NCBI RefSeq assembly: GCF_006345805.1
Contig: NC_043004.1
Span: forward strand, 25,544,001-25,608,000
Reading direction: 5' to 3'
Length of the DNA: 64,000 bases
Source: Octopus sinensis
Taxonomy: Eukaryota
Of this stretch, positions 23,875-36,469 are shown in pieces. A program made the translations under genes and the position numbers. A model generated the notes under the pieces. That model was not told where the DNA came from. It saw only the letters and a program-made list of their open reading frames with translations, and made no database searches. Each line of letters starts with the position of its first letter. Position 1 is the first letter of the stretch.

Positions 23875-24165
23875 GATTTCAAATTTTGGCACAAGGCCAG
23901 TAATTTCAGGGAGGGATAAATCAATTACATTGACCCCAGTGTTCAGCTGGTACTTACTTTATTGATCCTGAAAGGATGAAAAGCAAAATCAACTTCGGCA
24001 GGATTTGAACTCAAAATGTAAAGACATGAAAAGCCACGAAGCATTTTGTGCCGCATGCTAACAATTCTACCAGCTCACCACTTCCCTAATATAAATATTT
24101 TCAAATTTTGGCATAAGGCCAGCAACCTCAGGGAAGGGTATAAGTCAATTACATCAACCCTCAAT
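23875..24165 (-). mobile_element. SINE family B-related variant plus a partial tail duplicate
   Basis: Reverse complement of the 22874 type; the tail ATTTCAAATTTTGGCA(C/T)AAGGCCAG occurs twice (about 23876 and 24098). Confidence 0.7.
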
Positions 24166-24662
24166 ATGAATATTGCTATGTCTTTGACAGTGCATGGAGA
24201 TTTACATATTTGGCTACATGCATGCTTTACATGTGTGCCTACATGTGTGGCTACATGTGTGGCTACATGTATTACCTGTTATTTGTCTGTATGGAAACAG
24301 TGAGTCAGAGGGCAGCAACTGTAGTTTGCATGTGTGGCTAGTTTAACTGTGTAGCTTCATGTATGGCTACATGTGTGGCTACATTATTACCTGTTATTTG
24401 TTTGTCTGGAAACAGCTGATGCCTCTCTTCTTGTTCTCAAACAGGAAAATACAAAAAAAAGCTGTTGGTGTTTTCGTTTTTACTCTCCTTGGCTCCAAAA
24501 TGAATGGCTGGTGTTTGGCGGCTGGAAGGAGAAAAGAATTAACAAATGTATCCAAAGATAGGATATAAAATGATTAAAAAGCATAGCCTTCAGTAAATTG
24601 ACAGTATCAATACTAATCAAGAACTGATAGTAATAAATTATGATTTTCATTATTGGGTTGGT

Positions 24663-25291
24663 ATTATATACACTTACAGGTCATAATGACCTACACAGTT
24701 GCTCCAAATCAGTGAGATCTATAAGAAGGGCTTGCTCCTATGCCCTTCACAGATCTTCCAAAATCCATAATGTCTGTAAGAATGGGCAGTTCCCATTATA
24801 TACACTTACAGGTCATAATGACCTACACAGTTGCTCCAAACCAGTGAGATCTATAAGAAGGGCTTGCTCCTATGCCCTTCACATCTTCCAAAACCCATAA
24901 TGTCTGTAAGAATGCGCAGTTCCCATTATATACACTTACAGGTCATAATGACCTACACAGTTGCTCCAAATCAGTGAGATCTATAAGAAGGGCTTGCTCC
25001 TATGCCCTTCACAGATCTTCCAAAACCCATAATGTCTGTAAGAATGGGCAGTTTCCATTATATACACTTACAGGTCATAATGACCTACACAGGTCATAAT
25101 GACCTCCAAATCAGTGAGATCTATAAGAAGGACTTGCTCCTATGCCCTTCACAGATCTTCCAAAATCCATAATGTCTGTAAGAATGGGAAGTTCCCATGA
25201 CCTTTACCGATTCTCCAAGACCTGAGAAGTCTTTAGAAAGGGTCTCTCCTCCTGACCCAACAGTTACTCCAACACCAGTGAAGCTTATGCA
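24663..25291. repeat. 132-bp tandem array (4 units) derived from 21414-21630, carrying five perfect AGGTCAnnnTGACCT palindromes
   Basis: Unit spacings 132, 130, 132; palindromes at 24678, 24810, 24940, 25072 and 25091; the last unit runs on into sequence matching 21533-21630. Confidence 0.95.
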
Positions 25292-25849
25292 GTTAATATT
25301 ATATTTGATCAGTTACAATTCTATGGCAGGATGGCAAATTGTGCCAAGGAAAAAATACTGGGTTTAGTGGTTAGTATGAGTTCTGGAAGGAGGTTGGACG
25401 CAATATGGTTGATGGGAAGAGAAGGGATGAGATGAAAGAGCCAGAATGAAGATATCCGTAGATTGGCCTGATGTGAGAAATAGAGGCAATTGTTGTTGTG
25501 GTAGAAAAGACTGAGAAAGGAGAAATGTTGTGGGCCAGAGGGTGGAGTGTTGATCAGTGACTCAATGGCACGTGACATTTTTGTGCATATTGTCTTGAAT
25601 GTCAGATATGAGAACAGTACACCAGTAAAGGCCTCATCTGAGCATTGTAAGAGGTTAGTAATCAGACCAGGAGAGCTGCACAACTTATGGATTCACAGTA
25701 TAATAATATTTTCATTATATGTTTATTTCATGTTGTGAAAGGTGGGAAAATTACATGTTCATGGTGAATGAACGATTTCTTTTAAGCCAGGGCTGAGCAG
25801 CATTCAAGAAACTTGGACTGAAAGCCATCTGAATGTTAGAAAAGAGTTA

Positions 25850-26520
25850 ACTTGTATTGTGATAATTTGTGCCAGATATCAAAATCTCAACATCACGACT
25901 ACTGCACAATGCTCTGTGAACACTGTAAAGGCTGTATGACATGACATGGACAGCTGAAACAGAGACTATGAAGCCATGGTCAGCAAGAAGGGACACAGCA
26001 GGCATTTTGACTGCATCCATATGCAGGAATTCATCCAACAACTGCCGGACATGGTGATGGAAAAGCTGAGCAAGGGAATCCAGGCTTTGGCAAGAGTAAT
26101 GGGCACTGGAGTCATACCCATGAACCTGGCCTTAAATGAGGACTTTTGCTACCACTCATACAAGAGGTGCAAGGGACAAATTCTGACATCCAAGGCCAAG
26201 GAGAACCTCTTGATGAAGACAAAGAAGCTCTTGAACAAGATGAGGCATCCTGTTGAGCTGAGGATGATCTGGTTCTTTCAGATGAAAAGAACTTCTGCCA
26301 GGACCAGTCGCACAGCACTCAGAACAGCTGGTGGCTTGTCTACAATCTATGTGATATCCCCCGTATCATGAAAACCTAGTTACCCCAAAACTGTGATGGT
26401 TTTTGGTTGTTTCTCCAGTAACAATAATGTCATGTTACCCCACATTTTTGAACAGGGACTTAGGCTCAATTCAGATGGTTATGTGAAGCTGCTGGAGACA
26501 GTGATCAATCTCTAGTTACC
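25850..26520 (+). mobile_element. maT/DD37D-like Tc1 transposase remnant
   Basis: LLMKTKKLLNKMRHPVELRMIWFF(S)DEKNFCQD, then KTVMVFGCFSSNNNVMLPHIFEQGLRLNSDGYVKLLETV. Confidence 0.8.
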
Positions 26521-26633
26521 CCACCAGAAATAATACTGGAAACAACACCAATTATACCTAAGGTGTTACCCCAGATATCCTCTTCCTCTGGCTGAAACCA
26601 GTAAAAGAAAAATAAAAGAAATATGTATGTGTG

Positions 26634-26726
<93 letters not shown>

Positions 26727-27089
26727 TACACATATAAGGTATCATACTCTGCAACCCCAAACCCTGCAGATACCTTTACTTGGACTAATAAGTATGAACT
26801 AAACGATGCAAAATTAGTAGATCCCCTGATACTTAATAAGCTATATCTAAATACCATTGTTTTTGACCCACAACATTGTATGTCCCCTGTTGTTCTCTAA
26901 TACCTGTAACATGATCATTAATTCAATGGCAAATGCATGGTGTGCACTGGTCCAAACCATGAATGGTAAGCAAAAAAAATCGATGAAACATTAGCTACAT
27001 GAAGACACTGTTAACACCCACCTAACTTCTCTGTCTAATATGCATCAAAACAGAAAGGGTAGCAGGGTGAGGGTTGGATTTTAGCACAC

Positions 27090-27510
27090 CCTATACCAAC
27101 ACCTCAATGTCTGGAAGCTGAGTAAAGTCTGTACATTCTTTTACATATTCCGTGAGCAACATATTATCTACAGAAGCAAATATTACTCTATGTAGCAACA
27201 AATCTTGGGCAGGACTTAAAGTCTAAGAATATGGTGATGTAACATCTCAGAAAATCATAAAAGGAATTTCTTGTATGCAGGGGTTAAGGCTGTGTTACCA
27301 TATGGCTCTTCCACATGGAGATCAACCAAAAGACTCTAAAATCTATGTTGGACGGTACCCACTCATGTATATTAAATGCCATTTTGAATGTCTTAGAGAA
27401 AGCCCTGCCAAACAGTGAGTCTACAATACATTTCCAAAAGTATCAGGTACAATTACAGGAAGAAGCAGTCACTTTGCTGGACATCTCATTATGGTTTGTT
27501 TCACAATAAA
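27090..27510 (+). mobile_element. Decayed LINE RT C-terminal remnant
   Basis: VLPYGSSTW and KSMLDGTHSCILNAILNV resemble LLYG-ETW...LDG-YTRMLR-ILN. Confidence 0.4.
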
Positions 27511-27829
27511 ACAATTTGTTTTCAGGTCTCACATTATTTATTAGCATTATAGCATATTTCACCAAAACAGAAACTGGCAGATATACATGAGAAGCAGGGG
27601 CATATGTATATAAAAGGCATACAGGTATACTGACACAGACAGACAGACAGGCAGATAAACAGACATAAAGATAGACTGACAGGCGGACATATAGTGAGAC
27701 TGACAGGCAGACGGACTAATAAACAAACAGAGAGAGACAGACAGAAAGATATAGAGACAAACAGACAGATAGATAAGCCGATATAGAAACAGGAAGACAA
27801 ATGATAAATGCCTGCCTAGCTGTCTGTCT

Positions 27830-28835
27830 CTCTGCCCTTCCTTGTCTGCCTGTTGTCTCTTTTCCTTTTATTTATTCACCTTAATCTCGCATTCTCTGTC
27901 CTCTTTCTTTCTCTTTTATTTCCTTCCCTTTCTCTTACACACTTTTTCATTCCCTCATTTTCTCGTTCAATGCTCTCCTATCTGTCTTTTTCATACACCT
28001 CGTCCTTCCTCTCACTTCACCCTTCTCTACTCTTCTAAATCTCTGCATTATAATACCGTAGATCGATCCCCCCACTTTCCTTTATTGGTTTTCTTTCATA
28101 GTCTCTCTCTCTCTCTTTCTCTCTCTCATCTCCTGTTATACCAAAATATTTCAATACATTAAATCTTCTCTCTCATTCTGTTAGCTTCTCTTCCTCCATA
28201 TTTTATATATTTCTCTTACATTTCCCTCTCTATATCTAGATATATCTTTCTCTCTCACCTCTTCTCTCACTTCTTTTTACTCTTTCCAATTGCCGTTATC
28301 TTCCTCACCTTAGTCATTTTCTCTGTCTATCCCTCTTACTCTGCCTCTAATTTCTTTCACTTCTCCTTTTTTACTTCTCCATTTGCCATCTCCCTATTTT
28401 CTTTTATTCAATGCATCCTCCTCTCCACTTCTCTCTCCCTGTTTCTACGTTTTATTGCTTACCCTCTCTCACTCAATATTTTCATAACTTTTTCCGCTCC
28501 GAATCATTTTTGTTCTCCCTCAATTTCATTACCTTCATATTCTCTCTCCATCTCCATCTCCCTCTCCCTCTTTCTCTCTCAGTCTCTTACTCTCTCTTCC
28601 TCTCCCTGCCCCGTCTCACTCTTACTCCCTCTATTTTCATTTCTCCCTCTTCCTAAACCAATCTCTGTGTTTTTTTTCTTTTCCTTCTCCATTTCCCCCC
28701 ATTCACTTTTCACCTCTTTATCTCTCTTTGCTATCTTTCTCCGCCTTACTCCCCTTTCTCTCCTCTCTGTCTGTCTGGCTCTCTTCTTAATACTGCACCA
28801 CTGCCTCCCTCCTCCCCCTCCTCATTTCCCACTAC
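27830..28835 (+). repeat. About 1-kb pyrimidine-rich (CT) low-complexity tract
   Basis: Almost continuous C/T on the plus strand; gives spurious Ser/Leu/Phe ORFs. Confidence 0.85.
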
Positions 28836-28848
28836 AACTGCCCCACAG

Positions 28849-28882
28849 ATTCTGCTGTCGCTAGGATTTTACTGTCAAACCT
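28849..28882 (+). CDS. Candidate 34-nt micro-exon ((D)SAVARILLSN(L))
   Basis: CCCCACAG| acceptor after the pyrimidine tract, |GTGAGT donor, open frame. No recognised homology. Confidence 0.22.
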
Positions 28883-29933
28883 GTGAGTTTCTCTTTTTCC
28901 ATTTTTACATCGTCTCACCTGATTTTGTTTCGGTTTGCATTGAACAAATATATTGTCTTTCGTTTCTAATCAAATGATAACTACTTTTTAAACAACAAAT
29001 AATAATCCTTTCTACTACTGGCACAAGACACGAAATTTTCGGGAAAGGGGCTAGTCGATTACATCGATCCCAGTACTCAACTGGTACTTTATTTTATCTA
29101 TCCTGAAGAGATGAAAAGCAAAGCTGACACCGGCGGAATAATAATAATAACAATCTTATTGTATACACGGCTAATTTGATACCTTAAACGCACCATTCAC
29201 GCATACGTCGCAGGATGTGTGAGAGGGGATGTACAGCTACCACACACGCACATAATGTCGTTGTCACCAATCCTCTGTGGCCAGAAATGATTGTCCATCA
29301 GATATAACTTCTGCGGACCCCTAGTTATGTCAGGACAGTGCATGGTTCACAAGTTCAGTGACAAATACGGGACCCCGAGAGATGTGCTGTTTTGGTCACT
29401 CCACACCCTCTTCTCACATTTAATGTATAAGTTATTTGATTTGTTTCACGTCCAAAGTGTTAACTTCATCACCAATCAGCCTGTCTCTTCTTGTGTTTGT
29501 TATATTCTCCTATAATTCCTACTCGTATATATTGATATCACCCTTTTACAAATATAAACCTTCTAGATACATCTTTTAATCTCTCCTTCTGTCCCCCTTG
29601 CATGTGCTTTCATTCATTTAGCTGGGAGTAGATTAACCAGTTGTTAAGCCACCGAGGGCATGCCACCTAGACTTTAAGACCAACCCAACGATGTTGTATA
29701 ATCTTGCATTTCTATGCGGCAAATGTGGCTTTACTCAAGCTAGCAATCTGCTCTTTTTTGTTCTGCCCTTGGGTGTCCATGAATCTTCTCCAAACATGTC
29801 TATTTTCGACATGTCACCTGTAACAGGTCCAGTGTCAGAGACTGAATAAGACTGCCGTTCATATTCCGTACATTTAGTTCTCCCGTATTACCGTCTGTAT
29901 ACACCCGCCGTTCGGAGTGTGCGCGCGCGCGTG

Positions 29934-29964
<31 letters not shown>

Positions 29965-30601
29965 GGTGTGAATAATTTATGGTATATAATGATGGCATTG
30001 ATTCTGTCTTGTTGCCATCTCTTTTCATTTATTATGTCCATTGAAAAGCCGTAATTAAAACAACACCTTCACCTCATCTTATTTTTTGTTTCCATTTATG
30101 TTGATGTAAAAGTGCAAGTGATACATCTATGTATGTGTCTATGTTTTTGTCTGTCCTTATGTGTTGATATATGTATGGTATATGTGTGTCACCGTTTATG
30201 TGTCGATATATATATGCATATGCATGCATATATACGTATATATGTGCTTGTGCATAGTTTGTGGAATGTGTGTGTGTGTGTGTTTGTCAGTTACATAAAC
30301 GACTTTGTTTCCGTGACGTATACACCCCATACCCGTCATACATACACACACACACACACACATTCACTGCTCCATCTATTTAAATGTAGAGAAATGAATT
30401 ATATGAAATACATCAGGAGTATTGTCGTATTGACGAGGACCGGGTACTTAGATTTGTGATACCCCAATGATGACAATTGAGCCTGTTGTTTCCTTCTGCT
30501 ATCAACATCATCACTGATAACAGATTCACGTTATGCATCATAAGAAGTAGACATTGCAGCTTGACGCTACTCAGCTTCCTTCATCAACTCTAATGAATGC
30601 A

Positions 30602-30663
<62 letters not shown>

Positions 30664-31104
30664 CAGCGATTATTTGATATAAGCCGTGCCGAATCTGTAA
30701 ATAATAATAATATTTTATAAGCTTAAAGCTTATGAGCGATCACCGCGCATTGATTAAGGTAAATTAGTCTAATATTGGGACATTTAAGCCCTCGCCGAAA
30801 AAAAAGTAGGGTTTGCCGTACGCCTGTATATGTATGAATGTATATGTATGTGTGTACGCATATATACACATATGTATGCATGTATTTATAAACACATACA
30901 GATATTTTTAGCAGTTTTTATATCGAAAATTATTGCGGCTATCACTGGAAGAAATAGTTAAATGCTATGAGACAACACTGCAGCAAAAGCAGCAGCAGTA
31001 TATGAACTCATGAGTCACTAGTTTACACTCCAGTACCTTATCCACTTGATCAGTTTTGCACCACCACCCACACACTTATTATACGTGTGTGTGTGCGTAT
31101 GTAT

Positions 31105-31141
<37 letters not shown>

Positions 31142-31695
31142 AGACATGCTTGTATAGAAATGTAGACAACTTATTTTCTGTATTCCCCACCCGCTTTACT
31201 GGTTCACCCCTGGGTTACCCCATCCATCCTTACATATGGTAAGAAACATGTCATCTTGTATAAAGCACTGTTTTAATCGTTTCTTTATTGGTCTCCAGAG
31301 CCGTTATAATAATATTCATTTGTAACCAGCTTTATGTTAATTAAATATAGATGTCAATGAAATCAACTTCAAAGGGATTAAATCTAGCAAAAGACTGTGA
31401 ATAATTTTTCAGTTTTCCCCATTAAAATTCTTCCCTGCGCCCCACCCCTGGAGGGAAATTTTTCCCTGGCTAGGAATTTCAAAAGTAGAAGACATAGAAA
31501 TAACAAAACATCGTAATATATATGTGTGTGTGTGTGTGTGTGTTAGAAATGGGAAAGACCGGTTTATGGGATTACCTTAGGTTTCCCGTCCATAAAGGGT
31601 TTAGTTTTATGGCGTATCGTCAGGTCCCAAAAAACCTGTGTGCTGCTTCTTTCGGATTTATGTTTTCTACAAACAATATATATATATATATATAT

Positions 31696-32070
31696 AGACG
31701 CAGGATTGGCTATGTAGTAAGTAGCTTGCTTACCAACCACACAGTTCCGGGTTCAGTCCCACTGCTTTCACCTTGGGCAAGTGTCTTCTGCTATAGCCTC
31801 AAGCCGACCAAAACCTTGTGAGTGGATTTGGTAGATGGAAACTAAAAGAAGCCCGTCGTATATATATGTGTGTGTGTGTGTTTGTCTCCGCATCATTGCT
31901 TGGCAACTGATGTTCGTGTGTTTATGTTCCCATAACTCAGCAGTTTGGCAGAAGAGACCAATAGAATAAGTACTAGGCTTATAAAGAATAAGTTCTGAGG
32001 TTGATTTATTCGACTAAAGGCTGTGCTCTAGCATGGGTGCAGTCAAATGACTGAAACGAATAAAAGAATA
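31696..32070 (+). mobile_element. SINE family A
   Basis: Head, CORE-like motif and tail as in the other copies. Confidence 0.85.
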
Positions 32071-33744
32071 TGTGTGTGTGTCTATATATGTATATTGACA
32101 CAGCTCAGTACGACCCCAAAACCTGATATTGCCCGTTGGCATTATTAGGCTGTAACCGGCATAATAAAATAGAAGCTTTTGTATGCTTATTCAAAACGTT
32201 TCCCTGTAAATGAACTTAAGGGTGTGTGTCTGTATGACAAATGCACAAACATATGGTGGCATAATAAAGTGTTGAGTATCGTTACTGAGGCCCTAAAACA
32301 ACCATACAACAGCATCAATACAATGGGAATCAAAGCCAATTTGGTGTTTTCCACAAAGAAAATGAGAAACGACAATGTAGGAATGTAAACAAAGAGAAGC
32401 TGAGATCTAGACTTGTGTGTAGTGCTAATGACTGGAAGGTACAGTGAAATCTAAAGTGTTCATGTTTCCATGCCATATAACAGTAACAACAGCATCCTTA
32501 CTTTATAGGCTGGTTTGACTGAGAAAGTACAGCAACTTGGATTTGAGTTTGTGGATCTTAGATTATCAGGAATTTGGAAGATGTCCAAAAGGAATTTTCA
32601 TGTGATAACATGATAATAGTTTGAATCACTATTAAATACCACTGACTGTTTTAATATCTACAACTTTTTCTGCTGTTTTGAAATTATTTGAAGAATGGTT
32701 TAGATTTGTCACTAATAAACATTGACATAGAGTACACACAATCCAAAGTACCTGACTTTCCAGGCTAACTGGGACATTAATGTATAGTTTTTCTTGGCCT
32801 TGGTCTGAATAAATGTAGATGATGGTAATAACAACTTTTGAAAGGGATCATAGTAATTTCCATTCAATCCTGTCTAACTGACCTTAACATTGTAGGTATT
32901 AATGAGATTATTTAAATTTGTATATCAGTATGAAATGTTCTATTAGAGATAGAAAGTTTCTAGTTCTGTGTATGTCTACACATGTTGAAAATTAATTTAA
33001 ACCAGGTTACCATCTTTCTAATTTTTCTGGGATTTAGAAGTGATGCTCTTTGGATACTGGCCTTTTACTATAATCACTTCATGCACACAGACTATTGTAG
33101 CAGAGTGTGATTCTGTTAAAAATGTCCTTAGCAATGGCTTAGAGATTCAACTGATTAGAGCTTCAGGAATTTTAAGTATGGCTCAGTTGGTTAGAATTTT
33201 TGTGTGTGCACACACACATTCTGTACCCATATTGTTTTCTGCAGGGGTAGTATTTGCCCCTGTGAATAAATCTAGCATTATGCCCAAGTATCATTAAGTT
33301 AGTGCTAATAATGTTTAAATGAAACTACTTGATTAATCCTATTCCTTTCTAAATTTATCTATGGCGTAAAAATTCATGATGTTTGAGATTACTAAGTCAT
33401 CATCACTAACCAGTATGGAACTATGTGGTGTGTTGTGCTTTCTATAGGTTAATGAAACAATCCTAAAGGATGGAATATACACCATACTTCAATGGGTCTA
33501 CAAGCTATGCCTAAAACTGAAAGATCCAGATATTAAGACATCCAGTGATATCACTGTATAGGATAGCTGAGATATTATCAGGTTATCATCACTGGAAAAA
33601 AATCCTTTTGGACAATTTCCAAATACCTGAGAATCGAGAACCTACTAACTCAAATATGAGGCAAACAAATTCCATCGATACAGAGCAGCCACTCTTTGGC
33701 AATGATGTAATGTTTGGAGCAGACTTATTTATGACAAAAAGTGG

Positions 33745-36375
33745 GTCAACATGGCCAACATACCCTGTCTTGCACCCGACTGTGCCACGAGTTGGCCTGC
33801 AAACACCCTAGTGGAGGTACTGGCCTGCCTCATCGATCTTCATAGTGCCACTGCCCATCGGACAGCTGTGCAACTAGCCACCCCTGTGAAAGTCTCACCT
33901 GAGAAGGTCCACTGCTCTGTCATCTCTGTAGCTAGAACTAGCGAGGAGTCGGCTTACTTTGAGAAGAGATGGTTAGACTATAAACAAGCCACTTGTCTTA
34001 TGGGTAACGATGTCTTGCAGCTTCTTGAATGTTGTGATGAGACCCTTTGAAAACATCTCACATGGATGTTCGGTGTGCTGGCCTCCAGCAATGAATGAAC
34101 AGTCCTCTGTCACATTAAGTTCCTGGCTGTCCACAAATAAAATGTTATGGTTGCTCATGTGCAGCCACAAAAGAGGCACCAGGACTGGTGCATCTGTTGT
34201 GTCTTCAAGGGCAGGCAGGTCTCTGCAACTTCAAGGTGGAATGCCTCTCAGATGCCTACCATGCCATGATTGATTACAGCGATGTCATAGTTCTCAGTGC
34301 TCTTGTATGTAAGTTGGAGGACAAGGAGATCCATCTTAATATCCTGAGTGACTCCAAGCAGACATTACCCTGGAAGAAGCCCTGAGGTATGTTGAAGCAA
34401 AAATAAGTGAAAAATGCTCAGCCAGCCGGCTCATGGGCCACAGCACCATCTCAACCATTGCAGCCTTCAGCTCATATAGGCTCAAGGAGTGGTACCACCT
34501 GGTCAATAAATCCAGTGACCCCTGTGATACATCTGCCTCTACCCCCTGCAGTCACTGTGGAAAACATGGCTATAGACATCATGTACAGGAATGCATGAGG
34601 AAATGCGCAACCTACAACCACAAGTACACTATGTATGACATCCTGCATCACCATGAGAGTGTCTGCAGCCAACAACACCATCCCCAGCGGCAGGCTCAAA
34701 CCAACACAGCTGACACAGAAGACCACACATCTGCAATATTCAACAGCGTATGCTTTGTGGTTTACCTCCCTGACAAATCCACTTCCCAAGCAATAATTCT
34801 TGACCACCATGTGTATAATGAACACTGCAATGCCTGGGTGAAATGCTTTTCTGACCCCCATCTCTTCGTCACTACATTCATTCAAGCCAACCCAGCTGAT
34901 GCGAAGGCATTGGGTTTCCCCACTTCTCTTTCACAACTGACTGCAGCTATCCATCACAATGCTATGGCAGACACTGGATGTCAGTCATGCCTGGCAGGGA
35001 CAAGTCTCTTATCCAAACTGGGCCTGGACCAGCACCACCTTATACTGGTCAACATGAAAATGACTACTGCTAAGAGCAGCACCATAGATATCATCAGTGC
35101 CCTAACCTTATACGTATCCGGGACTGTTCCATCCTCTGCGAAGTGCATGACCTGTCAAATCATCTACATAAATCCTTCAACTGACAAACTTTTCCGCTCC
35201 AAGCAAGCTTGTGTCACCCTCAAGATGATTCTTCCCCATGATTGGAGAAAGCTGTGGGAATGTTGGCATACTGCTGGAAACATCTCTTGCAGTGACAACT
35301 CAGAATGTATGCGACTGCTCCCTGCAACAAATACCATCCCCTCCTCCCACTTCACTACACTTCCCAGCCACTGAGGAGAACTGTGGTTGCCTGGAGAAGT
35401 GGCTGTTAGAATACTACAGCTCAGCGCATTCAATGTCTGTGAACATCAGCAACTCCTCCAAGATGTCTGGTCTATCAATCCGCTTGATAGAGGACCCCAA
35501 TGCTAAACTAGTCGCCCATCATATGCCCATATCAGTGAAAGTAGGTCTTGACTGTGTCATTCAACTTGGAATTATTGAGCTTGTCTCCATTGGTACACCT
35601 GTCACCTGGACGAAGTCTAGAAAACCTTGATGGACTGTTGATCCTCAGCCCCTCAACTAACATACAGTCCACGAGATGCATCATACCCAATCCTTGTTCT
35701 ACCAAGCCCACTCTGTACGGGCTCACACCTGAAAAACTGTCTTCGATGCTGCAGAATTGCCTTTGATGAGAAGGACTGCCACCTAACCAGCTTCATCACG
35801 CCCTGGGACTGCTTCCGCTATTGCGTTGCACCACAGGAATATTTCACTTCAGGGGATCGCTACAGCTGATAGTTTGACAAAATTGTCTCAAGCACCACCC
35901 AAGAAAATGAAGTGCATCAACAGCACTTAGGTGTGGTTGAACACCATTGAGGAAGCATTCTTTGAGACAGTCCAATGGCTTGACATCTGCAGTTTCAGCA
36001 GCATCATTCTGAATCCCACCAAGTTCAATTTTGCCCAAACTACTGTCGAATTTGCTGGGTTTGAGATCACCCCCTACCACAGTGTGACCTTGTGCTGGAT
36101 ATCTCAAGGCAATCTGTAACTTTCTCACCCCTACGAATATCACCGACATCTGCAGCTGGTTCGGTCTGATCAACCAATTCCCCTATGCATTTGCTTCTGC
36201 TGAACGAATGTTGCCACTCTGGGAACTCCTGAAGCCAGGTACTTGGTTTGTATGGCCAAACCAGCTGAATAGACTCTTTGAGAAATCCAAATCAATCATC
36301 ATCAACGAGATCTAAAGAGGTGTGGAGATCTTTAACAAAACCAAGCCAACTTGCCTTGCCACTGACTGGAGCATA
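33745..36375 (+). mobile_element. Gypsy LTR retrotransposon internal region (gag-protease-RT-start of RNase H), decayed
   Basis: Gag RWLDYKQAT...LQLLECCDETL; protease AMADTGCQSCLAG; RT FITPW, NPTKFNFAQTTVEFAGFEIT; RNase H start LATDWS. Many stops and frameshifts; integrase absent. Confidence 0.85.
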
Positions 36376-36469
36376 CTTATTTTTGCCACAAAGAAGCCTG
36401 ACAACTCTTTGCTTCAATTTACGTAGATAAAATGTTAGTGAAAGCAATAAAGTGTTGGTGTAGGCTGTC

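Noticed and set aside
24663-25291. CRISPR-like array or coding repeat (44-codon unit LYTLTGHNDLHSCSK...)
   Set aside because: Units are contiguous with no unique spacers and no cas genes; a 2-bp deletion in unit 2 breaks the frame, and the donor locus has stops.
25321-25683. 120-aa minus-strand ORF as a host exon
   Set aside because: No recognisable domain or convincing splice sites; purine-rich plus strand suggests an eroded retroelement. Left unassigned.
30467-30517. C/D-box snoRNA (ATGATGA ... CTGA)
   Set aside because: Only 51 nt, no terminal stem and no recognisable guide; such motifs are frequent by chance here.
34433-35374. 313-aa novel protein
   Set aside because: Decayed Gypsy gag/protease region (DTG motif).
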